From an uncultured Bacteroidota bacterium (GTDB taxonomy: Bacteria; Bacteroidota; Bacteroidia; Flavobacteriales; Flavobacteriaceae), in the NCBI GenBank assembly GCA_902510475.1, contig CABXCC010000001.1:18954-82953 (forward strand): a stretch of 64,000 bases of DNA, written 5' to 3'. Below the pieces are notes generated by a model, which saw nothing but the letters and a program-made list of their open reading frames with translations, was not told the origin of the DNA and did no database searches. Numbering within the stretch: the stretch's first letter is position 1; every line of letters begins with the position of its first letter. Shown here piece after piece: positions 47,188 to 57,508 of the stretch. Made by a program: the position numbers and the translations under genes.

Positions 47188-48570
47188 CTAGATCATATCC
47201 TTTGGGTTTACCCATTGATCATATTCTTCTGCAGTTAAATATCCAGATTTAATTGATTCTTCTTTTAAAGTTGTATTATTATTATAGGCATTATTTGCAA
47301 TTTCAGCAGCCTTATAGTAACCAATTTTGGTGTTAAGAGCAGTTACAAGCATTAAAGACTTATTCAGTTTATCCTCAATAACATTTAAATTGGGTTTTAC
47401 TCCTGAAAAACAATTATTATTAAAACTTATTACCGCATCAGAAATTAGTTCAGCCGACTCAATAAAATTTGAGATTATGACGGGTTTAAAAACATTGAGC
47501 TGAAAGTGACCTTGACTAGCTGAAAAAGTAATCGTTGTATCATTACCAATAACTTGACTGCAAACCATACAAAGTGCTTCACATTGAGTTGGATTAATTT
47601 TCCCAGGCATTATTGAACTTCCAGGCTCATTTGCTGGTAAAATTATCTCACCAATACCACTCCTTGGTCCTGATGCTAGCATTCTAATATCATTAGATAT
47701 TTTGTTTAATGATATAGCAATCCTTTTTAAAGCATTATGACATTCAACTATTGAATCATTAGACGAAAGCGCTTCAAATTTATTTGTTGCAGATTTTATC
47801 GGATAATTTGTTTCTTTTGATATTAATTCAGCAACTCTTTCGGAATAACCCTTAGGTGTATTTAAACCTGTGCCAACGGCAGTTCCGCCAAGCGCTATTT
47901 CTGAAATAACTTCAAGAGATGTTTTTAGATTTTTAATACCATTTTCTAGTTGTTTTGAGAATGCAGAGAATTCTTGACCCAAAGAAAGTGGTGTTGCATC
48001 CATTAAATGAGTTCTGCCAATTTTTATTACATCTTTAAATTCCACTACTTTTTTATCTATGGTATCTTTTAATTTTAAAAGAGAGGGTAATGTTTTTTCT
48101 GAAATCACTCTATATGCTGCTATATGCATTGCGGTAGGGAAGGTGTCATTTGAAGACTGTGACTTGTTAACATCATCATTAGATTTGACATGTTTTTCAT
48201 CATTTAAGTCCTTTCTAATTAATTGCTGACATCTGTTAGATATGACCTCATTAATATTCATATTTGTCTGAGTTCCAGATCCTGTTTGCCATATAACCAG
48301 AGGAAATTGGTCATCTAGATCACCACTAATTATTTCATCACAGACTTTTGAAATTAATTCCATTTTTTCTTTAGAAAGAATGCCACACTCATAATTAGTT
48401 ATTGCAGCTGCTTTTTTTAATATAGCATAGGAATGAATTATTTCAATGGGCATCGATGATTCAGAGCCAATTTTAAAATTATTTCTCGATCTTTCAGTTT
48501 GAGCACCCCAAAGTTTATTTGCAGGTACTTTAACCTCACCCAAAGTATCTTTTTCAATTCTATATTCCAT
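47188..48570 (-). CDS. fumC: Class II fumarate hydratase
   Basis: Signature [16 protein letters not shown] is fumarase-type rather than aspartase-type. The N-terminus [28 protein letters not shown] also fits. Confidence 0.93.
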   Translation of the reverse strand: MEYRIEKDTLGEVKVPANKLWGAQTERSRNNFKIGSESSMPIEIIHSYAILKKAAAITNYECGILSKEKMELISKVCDEIISGDLDDQFPLVIWQTGSGTQTNMNINEVISNRCQQLIRKDLNDEKHVKSNDDVNKSQSSNDTFPTAMHIAAYRVISEKTLPSLLKLKDTIDKKVVEFKDVIKIGRTHLMDATPLSLGQEFSAFSKQLENGIKNLKTSLEVISEIALGGTAVGTGLNTPKGYSERVAELISKETNYPIKSATNKFEALSSNDSIVECHNALKRIAISLNKISNDIRMLASGPRSGIGEIILPANEPGSSIMPGKINPTQCEALCMVCSQVIGNDTTITFSASQGHFQLNVFKPVIISNFIESAELISDAVISFNNNCFSGVKPNLNVIEDKLNKSLMLVTALNTKIGYYKAAEIANNAYNNNTTLKEESIKSGYLTAEEYDQWVNPKDMI

Positions 48571-48588
48571 ATCTTAGAATTTATAGCA

Positions 48589-48596
48589 CAAATTTA
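48589..48596 (-). promoter_or_regulatory. Candidate -7 box (TAAATTTG on the coding strand) for fumC
   Basis: Forward CAAATTTA matches reverse-complemented TAnnTTTG, 18 nt upstream of the fumC ATG. Confidence 0.4.
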
Positions 48597-48601
48597 CGTA
48601 T

Positions 48602-48661
48602 AATTAACAACTATACACAATCTGTTAAATATTCGAATGTTAATTATTGCAGTTGTTAATT
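48602..48661. repeat. 11-bp perfect inverted repeat AATTAACAACT … AGTTGTTAATT enclosing an ATTCGAAT palindrome
   Basis: Read directly: the arms are at 48602-48612 and 48651-48661 with a 38-nt spacer. A T-run follows on the plus strand. It lies in the fumC upstream region. Confidence 0.5.
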
Positions 48662-48727
48662 TTTTTATAAAAAATATAATAATTAACTAATCCATTATTT
48701 TATATTTGTAAAAAATATATTTTACAG

Positions 48728-48892
48728 ATGTTTGAATTTGATCAATATCTTGGATTTTTAGCCTTTCTAACGATACTTACAATAGGTTTCTGGCTTTTCT
48801 TTGTATTACTGTTGTTTGTAATTCCTTACTGGGTTTTTGGAGCCTTAAAAGAAAGAATTGAAGATCTTATACAAGAAAGAAAAAAGAAGTAA
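48728..48892 (+). CDS. Possible 54-aa small membrane protein (MFEFDQYLGFLAFLTILTIGFWLFFVLLLFVIPYWVFGALKERIEDLIQERKKK)
   Basis: Hand-translated ORF in an otherwise empty 327-bp gap. It has one or two hydrophobic helices followed by a charged tail. There is no homology evidence. Confidence 0.35.
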   Translation: MFEFDQYLGFLAFLTILTIGFWLFFVLLLFVIPYWVFGALKERIEDLIQERKKK

Positions 48893-48897
48893 AACTT

Positions 48898-51342
48898 TTA
48901 GAAATCAAATCCTCCACCTTCAAATCCTCCGTTACGCATCTGTCTTCTATTTTGGTCTTTCTTCTGATTAAATCTGTAAGTGAAATTTAGTGTAAATGAT
49001 CTTTGGGCCCATCTGTATGATGAGTTATTGTAGAATGTTTGATTGAAAGTTTCTATATCCCAACCTCTTTGGTCAAGCAAATCTCTTACGTTAAAAGTTA
49101 AAGATGCTTTATCATTAAACAGCTCTTTACTGAAAGCTAGATCAATTGAAAATTGACCTTTTCTTTTGGTTAACGCTGTTTCTTCAGGGCCTCTGTAATT
49201 CATTCTTGTTTGCCACTCAATTTTACCGGGAAGAATAAGTTTATTATTAAGTCTAAAACTCCAGCTTAAACTTTCGTTGTCAAACACTAGATCTTGGTAA
49301 GTGCCAATTACTTTATTTGTGTACAAATTAAAATTTGAATTTATGTTCCAATTTCTTCCTTTTCGATAGGATAGGTTTAACTCAAATCCAAATCTCTCAT
49401 TTGTAGAAAGGTTGATAGGGAATCTTTCAACAACTGGTACTTCAATTCCGTTTAGTTGAACAGTATCACCTGTTTCTTGATTTATAAAATTATATGTATC
49501 TGTTGATCTTTGGAAATAAGCAGAAGTGTTAATTGTAAATGAAGATTCATATCTTTTTAAATAACCAACGTCCACATTATTAGAATATGTTGGGTTAAGA
49601 TCCGGATTTCCTCTAAAAATATTAATCGGACTTGTTTTAGAAGGAAATGGATTGATAAACCTAGACCATGGTCTTCTAATTCTACGGTTGTAACCAAAAG
49701 TTATGCTCTCGTTTTCTGTTAATTCCAATCCAAAGTTGAATGTTGGAAATAAGCCAGTCTCATTCTTATTGCTAAAGTCTTGTGTTGTAAACTGATTGAT
49801 ATCTTTTATGGTGTTTTCAGCTCTTAGCCCAAAAAGAAATGAATATTTATCTTCAACTTTCACCCCGTATTGTGCATATAAAGCATTTATTTGTTCTCTA
49901 TATTGAAAAATATTACTCTGATTTATATCTTCAATAATTTCTAAATCAATATTTTCAAACACCTTGTAATCAGTAATGTCATCATCTTCACTTATTCTGA
50001 TTCCAGCTTCAAATTGCTTATTTTCATCAATGGGGTATACATAATCTACCTTTACTAAATATGATTTGTTTTCCTCTTTAGTTTCAATTATTTCGTCTAA
50101 AATTTCATCTCTAATTACTTCTCCATTTTCGAAATCTTCCGAATTATCATATTGAAGGTCAATTGTCAATTTATGACCTGAATCATTAAATTTTGTTTCA
50201 TAATTGAAATTGTATTCTCTATTAAAGTCATCAGTATATTCATTTTCGGATTGTGTTGTCTGATTTAATATAATACCACCAAAGCCATCAACTTCGTTAA
50301 TGATATTATTTTGTATGTTATCTGAATCTGCTCTATTGTAGAAAAAAGAACCAATAACCGAATTATTATCATTTATGTACCATTCAACTCCGTTATTAAG
50401 AAAAAATCCAGATCTGGCCCGTTCTCTTTCTCTATTTTCTTGAAAATAGGTATTTGCTTGATCTGCGTTATAATATTCAGAATCATTAAATCCTCCACCA
50501 GGACTTATGTTATCGTTCCATCCACTTGAATTGAAGAAATTAATTTTACCGTTTCTATAATTTATATTTGACGATAATGCATTTTTTTTTGGATCCCCAA
50601 TGCTCGAGCTCAAAGAGCCATTTAAACCTAATTTTTTGCTTTTTCTTAAAATAATATTGATTATCCCTCCGCTACCTTCTGCCTCATATCTTGCTGATGG
50701 AGAAGTTATAACTTCAACTTTTTCAATTGCATCTGAGGGTAATTGTTGTAAAAATTTAGAATCAATTCCAACTAAACTCGACGGTTTTCCATTAATTAAT
50801 ATTCTTGCTGCATCATTTCCCCTTAGTAAAATGTTTCCTTCCAAATCAACGGAAACTGACGGTATATTGTCTAGTACGTCGCCTGCATTTCCACCTCTTA
50901 CGGAAAGATCTTTACCAACGGTATAAATCTTTTTATCAAGTCTAATTTCAACAGATGTTTCTTCAGCAACAATTTCAACTTCTCCCAAAGATTCGTAATC
51001 TAATTCTAACTTTATCTTACCTAAGTCAACATTATTCTTTAACTCAATATTATTTAAGGTTAAATTTTTGAATGAAATGAATTCAACTAAAACATTATAA
51101 TTACCTTTTTTTGCAGGAATTGAAAATTTACCAGAGCTATTGGAAATACCACCTGTTATAACACTATTATTTTTAGGATCAAGTAGAGTAATAGTTGCAT
51201 ATTCGAGCAATTCATCATCATCTAGACTTGAAATAATTCCAGAAATAACAAACTCTTTTGGTGTATTATAATTATATGATTGTGAATAGATTAAGTTCGA
51301 AAATGATATGGCAAATAAAAAGATAAGTTGTTTGAAGTTCAT
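48898..51342 (-). CDS. TonB-dependent receptor with N-terminal carboxypeptidase-regulatory-like domain
   Basis: The start is chosen at Met16 (MNFKQLIFLFAISFSNLIYSQ signal peptide); the track ORF extends to 51387. The domain order is a CarbopepD_reg-like segment (ISGIISS…YATITLLD…GKFSI), then a plug, then a barrel. The C-terminus is …GGFEGGGFDF. Confidence 0.85.
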   Translation of the reverse strand: MNFKQLIFLFAISFSNLIYSQSYNYNTPKEFVISGIISSLDDDELLEYATITLLDPKNNSVITGGISNSSGKFSIPAKKGNYNVLVEFISFKNLTLNNIELKNNVDLGKIKLELDYESLGEVEIVAEETSVEIRLDKKIYTVGKDLSVRGGNAGDVLDNIPSVSVDLEGNILLRGNDAARILINGKPSSLVGIDSKFLQQLPSDAIEKVEVITSPSARYEAEGSGGIINIILRKSKKLGLNGSLSSSIGDPKKNALSSNINYRNGKINFFNSSGWNDNISPGGGFNDSEYYNADQANTYFQENRERERARSGFFLNNGVEWYINDNNSVIGSFFYNRADSDNIQNNIINEVDGFGGIILNQTTQSENEYTDDFNREYNFNYETKFNDSGHKLTIDLQYDNSEDFENGEVIRDEILDEIIETKEENKSYLVKVDYVYPIDENKQFEAGIRISEDDDITDYKVFENIDLEIIEDINQSNIFQYREQINALYAQYGVKVEDKYSFLFGLRAENTIKDINQFTTQDFSNKNETGLFPTFNFGLELTENESITFGYNRRIRRPWSRFINPFPSKTSPINIFRGNPDLNPTYSNNVDVGYLKRYESSFTINTSAYFQRSTDTYNFINQETGDTVQLNGIEVPVVERFPINLSTNERFGFELNLSYRKGRNWNINSNFNLYTNKVIGTYQDLVFDNESLSWSFRLNNKLILPGKIEWQTRMNYRGPEETALTKRKGQFSIDLAFSKELFNDKASLTFNVRDLLDQRGWDIETFNQTFYNNSSYRWAQRSFTLNFTYRFNQKKDQNRRQMRNGGFEGGGFDF

Positions 51343-51412
51343 TTTTTTGTTTGTTTTCTGACTACTAACAATCAAATTATGTGCCACTCAAAATATAATT
51401 TAAAGAGAAATT

Positions 51413-51751
51413 CTAAATTAACTTATCAATATTTTCTTTAGGTCTAGCAATTACAGCTAAATTTTCAATTTCAATAATTGGTCTTTCAATTAACTTTGGT
51501 TTTTTATGAAGTATTTCAATTAGTTCTTTTTCACTTAAATTTCTATCCTTATATTTTTCTTTCCAAATTTTTTCATTTTTTCTGATCAACTCCAAAGCTG
51601 TTATATTTAGTTTGTTTAGTAAGATTTGAATTGTTTCTTTTGAGAGGTTGTCTTTCAAATATTCAATTATTTCAAATTCTACTCCTTTGTCAATCAAATA
51701 TTGAACTCCTTCTCTTGACTTTCTACACCTAGGGTTGTGATAAATTTTCAT
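51413..51751 (-). CDS. ArsC/Spx-family (YffB-like) thioredoxin-fold protein
   Basis: MKIYHNPRCRKSREG carries the N-terminal Cys motif of the family. Length is 112 aa. Confidence 0.8.
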   Translation of the reverse strand: MKIYHNPRCRKSREGVQYLIDKGVEFEIIEYLKDNLSKETIQILLNKLNITALELIRKNEKIWKEKYKDRNLSEKELIEILHKKPKLIERPIIEIENLAVIARPKENIDKLI

Positions 51752-51752
51752 A

Positions 51753-52854
51753 TTATTTACTATTACTTTGATTTGAATTAAACATTAAAAAGGATTTTAA
51801 AAATTCGTTAATATTCCCATCTAAAACTGATTCAACATTTCCGGTCTCTGTTCCTGTTCTCAAATCTTTAATCAATTTATAAGGGTGAAGTACATAATTC
51901 CTTATTTGACTTCCCCATTCAATTTTCTTTTTTTCTGATTCGATTTCAGACCTTTTTTCATTTTTCTTTTTTATCTCAATTTCATACAATTGAGATTTTA
52001 ACATTTGCATTGCTCTAATTTTATTATCCAATTGAGATCTTGTCTCTGAACAGGTGATTTGAATACCAGTAGGTTTGTGGGTTAATTGAACTTTAGTTTC
52101 AATTTTGTTTACACTTTGACCACCAGCTCCACTAGACCTGGAAGTGTTTATTTCTAAATCGGATTGACTAATTTCAATATTTATGGAATCATCTACAAGC
52201 GGGTAAACATAAACTGATGCAAAACTTGTATGTCTCTTAGCGTTTGAGTCAAATGGAGAAATTCTTACAAGCCTATGAACTCCGTTTTCTCCTTTTAACC
52301 AACCAAATGCATAATCTCCTTCAAATTTTAGTGTTGCGGTTTTAATACCAGCTGATTCCCCATCTTGTTCATTTAGTTTTGAAACCTTAAGATCATTTTT
52401 TTCTCCGTACATTACATACATTCTCATCAGCATTTGAGCCCAATCACAACTTTCTGTTCCACCAGCTCCAGCAGTAATCTGTAAAACTGCGTCCATATTA
52501 TCTGATTCATCAGAGAGCATAGTCTTGAATTCAAGATCTTTCAAAAAGTTTTCGGTAGACTCAAATTGTTTAGATAATTCTTCATCGCTGCATTCACCAT
52601 TTTTATTAAAATCAAACAAAATTTCCAAATCAGAAATCTTTTCATTTAAATTATCAATATCGTTAATCCAGTTTTTTAAGAATTTGACTTTTTTAAGTAT
52701 AACTTGTGCCTTGGACGAATCTTCCCAAAAATCAGGTTGAAGGGTTTTGTTTTCTTCTACTAGTAATGAAGATTTTTTACCATCAAAGTCAAAGATACCC
52801 CCTTAACGCATCCAGGCGATTTTTAAGGGATTGTATTTGTTCTAGGGTAATCAT
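51753..52854 (-). CDS. prfB: Peptide chain release factor 2, expressed via programmed +1 frameshift (frame-0 part 52792..52854, then 51753..52790)
   Basis: The frame-0 ORF reads [21 protein letters not shown] then TGA. The +1 frame continues [24 protein letters not shown]… into the listed 291-aa ORF. That ORF carries the SPF motif (RISPFDS) and the GGQ motif ([10 protein letters not shown]). Confidence 0.95.
52788..52803 (-). promoter_or_regulatory. prfB +1 frameshift cassette AGGGGG-TAT-CTT-TGA-C
   Basis: The reverse complement of 52788..52803 reads AGGGGGTATCTTTGAC. It consists of an internal SD-like element, a 3-nt spacer, the slippery CUU, and a UGA stop followed by C. This is identical in architecture to the E. 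coli site. Confidence 0.9.
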
Positions 52855-52941
52855 TAATGTAAAATTAATACTAATTAAACAAGTTGAGAATATTTTTATT
52901 AAAAATTTATATTATGTAGATTTAATTAAATTTTAAAAAAT

Positions 52942-55377
52942 ATGTTTAAGACTAAATCAACATTTGTTATTTTTCTATTAATCGTCAGTTTTTCATTTTC
53001 TAATGAAAATAAAATAAAAGAATTTAAAGGTTTTTTTGATTTTTCTTATGATGAATCAAAAGATAAGATTTTTCTTCTTGTTGATAAGCTTGACTACGAA
53101 TTCTTATACGTTGGATCTCTAGCCTCTGGATTAGGTTCAAATGATATTGGACTTGATAGAGGTCAATTGGGATCCGAAAGACTCGTTAAATTCATTAAAA
53201 AAGGAAATAAGCTTCTATTGGTTGAGCCAAACTTATATTATAGAGCTGAAACTAAAAATATAAGCGAAAAAAAAAGTGTTGAACAGGCTTTTGCAAAATC
53301 TGTAATTTTTGGATTTGAAATAATGGAAACGAATGATAATCATTATTTAATAGATTTTACCCCTTTTTTAATGTTTGATAGACATGGAGTTGCAAAAACA
53401 CTTAGAGATTCAAAGCAGGGTTCATATAAAGTTGATAAAACAAAAAGCGCAATTGAAATTAATAACACCAAAGCGTTTCCCAATAATGTAGAATTCGAAG
53501 CACTATTAACTTTTTCTGGTGAAGCAAAAGGAAGTTTAATCAAAAGTGTTACTCCTGACCCAGATAATGTTACTTTATTTCAACACCATTCTTTTGTTAA
53601 ACTTCCGGACAACAATTATACTCCAAGAAAATTTGATACGAGAAGTGGAGCTATATCAATTTCTTACATGGATTATTCCAGCCCAATCGATGAGCCCATC
53701 ACAAACAAATATGTAATTAGACATAGGCTAGAAAAGAAAAATCCAGAATTAGAAATTTCTGAAGCAGTAGAACCCATAATATACCATTTAGATCCTGGAA
53801 CACCAGAGCCGGTTAAAAGTGCTTTATTAGATGGTGGGAGATGGTGGAATCAGGCTTATGAATCAATTGGTTTTAAAGATGCTTTCCAGGTTAAAATGCT
53901 TCCAGAAGGTATCGACCCTTTAGATTGCAGATATAATGTAATTCAATGGGTTCACAGATCTACAAGAGGTTGGAGTTACGGTGCTAGTGTTGTTGACCCA
54001 AGAACTGGTGAAATTATCAAAGGTCATGTTAGTTTAGGAAGTCTTAGAATAAGACAAGATTACATGATTGCTCAAGCATTAACTAAAGACCCTTTTATTT
54101 CAAATAATGAAAATAATCAAATGCTAGAGTTAGCGATTGCCAGAATAAGACAGCTTAGTGCTCACGAAATAGGTCATACAATTGGATTTGCACATAATTT
54201 TGCAGCGAGTGCCAATAACAGAGCATCTGTGATGGACTATCCACATCCATTGGTAGATATTAAAGATGATAAAATTGTTTTTGATGATGTTTATGACTCG
54301 GGTATTGGAGATTGGGATAAAGTTACGGTAGCCTATAGCTACAGTCATTTTAAATCTAACCAAAATGAAAATGATGAGCTAAATAAAATTTTGGAGAATG
54401 CCACAGACGATGGTTTAAGATTTATCAGTGACTATGATGCTCGTTCACTTGACGGTTCTCATGCATATGCACATCTATGGGATAATGGTGCTACTGCATC
54501 TTCTGGACTTGATAAAGTGATAGATATAAGAAAAAAAGCAATTCAAAATTTTTCTGAGTATAATGTACCAAAAGGAACCCCAAATTCAGTTCTTGAGGAT
54601 GTTTTTGTTCCACTATATTTTTTTCATAGATATCAAACCGAGGCTACTGCTAAGATAATTGGTGGTATGGATTATAATTATTCTTTGGTTGGTGACAATC
54701 AAAATGAATTTCATTACCTCGATAAAGACACACAACTAGGAGCTCTAAATTCACTAGTTAAAACTATATCTCCAAGATTTTTAGCGATTCCAAAGGATAA
54801 ATTAAAGTTATTTCCCCCAAGGGCATTTGGATACCCTCGAACAAGAGAATCTTTTAAGTCAAATTTAGGAGTAGCTTTTGATCCCTTTTCAATTGGTGAA
54901 ACATCTGCTGATATGACTTTAGGCTTAATATTTAGGCCCAAAAGACTAAATAGATTAGTATTACAACATTCGTTGGATAATTCTAATTTTAGCTTAGACG
55001 ATTTATATAATTTTATTTTTAAAAGAACAATTCTTTTAAAAACAAATAATTCCCCATTGATTGATGATTCTTATCATGAAGAAGTTCAGCATATTGTAAA
55101 TGTGACCCTATTAAAAAATATTTTCAAGGTTATTAACGACTCAAGTACTTTTTCACAGGTTAAAAACATTAGTAATGATTACTTGGCAAAAATTACTTTA
55201 GAGCTATTATCCAAAAAAAGAAAGGATTATAAACTTTCAAAATATTCAAGTCATTATATTAAAATGATTAATGATTTTTATGAGGACCCAGACGAATATG
55301 AAATAAAAGATTCTTTAAAAATACCTGATGGGTCTCCAATTGGAACAGATAATTGTAGTTATATTCATATTAGATGA
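52942..55377 (+). CDS. Secreted zinc-dependent metalloprotease (zincin, DUF5117/DUF4953-like architecture), 811 aa
   Basis: Signal peptide present. The zinc motif is LSAHEIGHTIGFAHNF (HExxH), followed by SVMDYP. The large N- and C-terminal regions have no function I can read. Confidence 0.75.
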   Translation: MFKTKSTFVIFLLIVSFSFSNENKIKEFKGFFDFSYDESKDKIFLLVDKLDYEFLYVGSLASGLGSNDIGLDRGQLGSERLVKFIKKGNKLLLVEPNLYYRAETKNISEKKSVEQAFAKSVIFGFEIMETNDNHYLIDFTPFLMFDRHGVAKTLRDSKQGSYKVDKTKSAIEINNTKAFPNNVEFEALLTFSGEAKGSLIKSVTPDPDNVTLFQHHSFVKLPDNNYTPRKFDTRSGAISISYMDYSSPIDEPITNKYVIRHRLEKKNPELEISEAVEPIIYHLDPGTPEPVKSALLDGGRWWNQAYESIGFKDAFQVKMLPEGIDPLDCRYNVIQWVHRSTRGWSYGASVVDPRTGEIIKGHVSLGSLRIRQDYMIAQALTKDPFISNNENNQMLELAIARIRQLSAHEIGHTIGFAHNFAASANNRASVMDYPHPLVDIKDDKIVFDDVYDSGIGDWDKVTVAYSYSHFKSNQNENDELNKILENATDDGLRFISDYDARSLDGSHAYAHLWDNGATASSGLDKVIDIRKKAIQNFSEYNVPKGTPNSVLEDVFVPLYFFHRYQTEATAKIIGGMDYNYSLVGDNQNEFHYLDKDTQLGALNSLVKTISPRFLAIPKDKLKLFPPRAFGYPRTRESFKSNLGVAFDPFSIGETSADMTLGLIFRPKRLNRLVLQHSLDNSNFSLDDLYNFIFKRTILLKTNNSPLIDDSYHEEVQHIVNVTLLKNIFKVINDSSTFSQVKNISNDYLAKITLELLSKKRKDYKLSKYSSHYIKMINDFYEDPDEYEIKDSLKIPDGSPIGTDNCSYIHIR

Positions 55378-56396
55378 TTGATTTAAGAAGTGATACGATA
55401 ACAAAACCAAGCGCTAAAATGCTTGATCTGATGCTTAATGCAAAGGTAGGCGACGATGTTTATGGGGAAGACCCAACGGTTAAGAAACTAGAAAGTTTTA
55501 TTGCAAATTATTTTGGAATGGAACAAGCAATGTATTTTCCCTCTGGAACGATGGCTAATCAAACTGCCATTAAACTTCACACAAACCCAGGAGATCAGGT
55601 TATTGCTCATGAGTATTCACACGTATACAATTACGAAGGAGGTGGAGCTTCATTTAATAGTGGAGTTTCTTTTAAATTATTGAAAGGTAAAAAAGGTTTT
55701 TTTTCCTCAGATCAGATATCTGATGCAATAAATCCCAAAGCATTTTATCATGCACCTTTATCAAAATTAGTTTGTCTAGAGAACACAACAAATAAAGGTG
55801 GCGGAGCGTGTTGGAATGTTAGTGATTTTGATGAGATTAAAAGCGTATGTAAAAAAAATAATTTAGGAATTCATATGGATGGGGCAAGAATTTGGAATTC
55901 AATTGTAGCAAAAAAAGACGATCCAGATTTATACGGAATTTATTTTGACACCATGTCTGTGTGTTTAAGTAAAGGCTTAGGTTGTCCAGTTGGATCAGTC
56001 CTTTTGGGTAAAAAACATTATATGGACAAAGCTCTTCGGATAAGAAAAATTTTAGGTGGAGGTATGAGGCAATCAGGATATCTTGCAGCTGCTGGTTTAT
56101 TTGCCCTAGAAAATAATATTTCCAGGTTGTCAGAAGATCACTTTAGAGCAAAAGAAATAGCATCAAAGTTTTTAGATAAAAGTTTCGTAAAAAAAATTAA
56201 TGATGTTGAAACGAATATCATTATAATAGAATTAAATGAAGGTTTCAGTAAAAAAACAATTATTGATTATTTTTCTAAAAATGATGTAGTTTTTGATTGG
56301 CATTCTATGGGGCCTAAAAAAATTAGAATTGTAACGCATTTAGATTATTCTGAAACAGATCATAAGTATCTTCTTAAAATTGTCGATAAATTATAA
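55374..56396 (+). CDS. ltaE: Low-specificity L-threonine aldolase
   Basis: N-terminus IDLRSDTITKPS…VGDDVYGEDPTV and PLP-lysine context VCLSKGLGCPVGS. The start overlaps the upstream stop (ATGA). Confidence 0.85.
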   Translation: MIDLRSDTITKPSAKMLDLMLNAKVGDDVYGEDPTVKKLESFIANYFGMEQAMYFPSGTMANQTAIKLHTNPGDQVIAHEYSHVYNYEGGGASFNSGVSFKLLKGKKGFFSSDQISDAINPKAFYHAPLSKLVCLENTTNKGGGACWNVSDFDEIKSVCKKNNLGIHMDGARIWNSIVAKKDDPDLYGIYFDTMSVCLSKGLGCPVGSVLLGKKHYMDKALRIRKILGGGMRQSGYLAAAGLFALENNISRLSEDHFRAKEIASKFLDKSFVKKINDVETNIIIIELNEGFSKKTIIDYFSKNDVVFDWHSMGPKKIRIVTHLDYSETDHKYLLKIVDKL

Positions 56397-56427
56397 TAGA
56401 TAATTTAAAAATCAGCTTAAAATCACT

Positions 56428-56435
56428 TATTTTTG
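56428..56435 (+). promoter_or_regulatory. Candidate -7 box TATTTTTG ahead of the PLP-enzyme pair
   Basis: Exact TAnnTTTG match 29 nt upstream of the ATG at 56464, in the 67-bp gap after ltaE. Confidence 0.4.
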
Positions 56436-56463
56436 TAGTGCTCTAAATATTTTTTCAATCTGG

Positions 56464-57507
56464 ATGAAAAAAAGTAAAAATGTATTTAATAATTTATTGG
56501 AGCTTGTGGGTAATACACCCATGGTAAAAATAGATAAACTCACCAAAAGTTTTCCTGGAACTTATTTGGCTAAATTAGAAGCATCCAATCCTGGCCACTC
56601 ATCTAAGGACAGAATTGCCCTTCACATAGTTGAAACTGCTGAAAAAAATGGAATTTTAAAAGCTGGAGACACAATTATTGAAACTACTTCTGGAAATACG
56701 GGGTTTAGCTTAGCTATGGTTTCTTTAACCAAGGGTTATGATTGTATTTTAGCTGTCTCTTCAAAATCCTCCAAAGATAAAATTGATATGTTAAAGGCAA
56801 TGGGGGCTAAGGTTTATGTTTGTCCAGCTAATGTTGCCGCTGATGACCCAAGATCATATTATGAAGTAGCAAAAAGATTACATAATGAAATTAAGGGTTC
56901 AATATACATAAATCAATATTTTAACGATCTGAACGCTGAAGCGCATTATTTGACAACTGGCCCTGAGATATGGAATCAGACTGATGGTAAAATAACGCAT
57001 TTGATAGTTTGCAGCGGAACAGGTGGAACTATTTCAGGAACAGCTAAATTTTTAAAAGAAAAGAATCCTAACATAAAAATAATTGGAGTTGATGCATACG
57101 GTTCTGTTTTAAAGAAATATCATGAAACTGGTGAATTTGATGAAAAAGAAATTTATCCTTACAGAATAGAGGGACTTGGTAAAAATTTAATTCCAGCCGT
57201 AACCGATTTTGATATTATTGATAAGTTTATAAAAGTTTCTGATGAAGATAGTGCGCATACAGCCAGGGAAATTGTTAAAACAGAAGGTATGTTTGTCGGA
57301 TACACAAGTGGTGCTGCTTTTCAGGCAGTAAAGGAATTAAATACGTTAAATGAGTTTAAAGAATCAGACTACATAGTTGTTATTTTCCCCGACCATGGAT
57401 CAAGATATTTAAGTAAGATTTATAGTGATAAATGGATGGAAAATCAAGGTTTTTCTGATTCAGTTCATGAGATAAATAATAATGACATACAATACATAAG
57501 AAAATAA
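56464..57507 (+). CDS. Fold-type II PLP enzyme of the cysteine synthase/cystathionine beta-synthase family (no CBS pair); candidate cysteate synthase (CapA-like)
   Basis: PLP-lysine motif [12 protein letters not shown], Asn loop TTSGNTG and phosphate loop GTGGTISG. Length is 347 aa. It ends 1 nt before the next gene. The cysteate synthase role is an inference from context. Confidence 0.8.
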   Translation: MKKSKNVFNNLLELVGNTPMVKIDKLTKSFPGTYLAKLEASNPGHSSKDRIALHIVETAEKNGILKAGDTIIETTSGNTGFSLAMVSLTKGYDCILAVSSKSSKDKIDMLKAMGAKVYVCPANVAADDPRSYYEVAKRLHNEIKGSIYINQYFNDLNAEAHYLTTGPEIWNQTDGKITHLIVCSGTGGTISGTAKFLKEKNPNIKIIGVDAYGSVLKKYHETGEFDEKEIYPYRIEGLGKNLIPAVTDFDIIDKFIKVSDEDSAHTAREIVKTEGMFVGYTSGAAFQAVKELNTLNEFKESDYIVVIFPDHGSRYLSKIYSDKWMENQGFSDSVHEINNNDIQYIRK

Positions 57508-57508
57508 T

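Noticed and set aside
52525-52936. Two plus-strand ORFs (52525..52740 and 52706..52936) in the apparent gap upstream of the listed RF2 ORF.
   Set aside because: The region is actually the prfB 5' part and frameshift leader on the minus strand (ATG at 52854, CTT-TGA-C at 52788-52797). The plus-strand ORFs are antisense artefacts.
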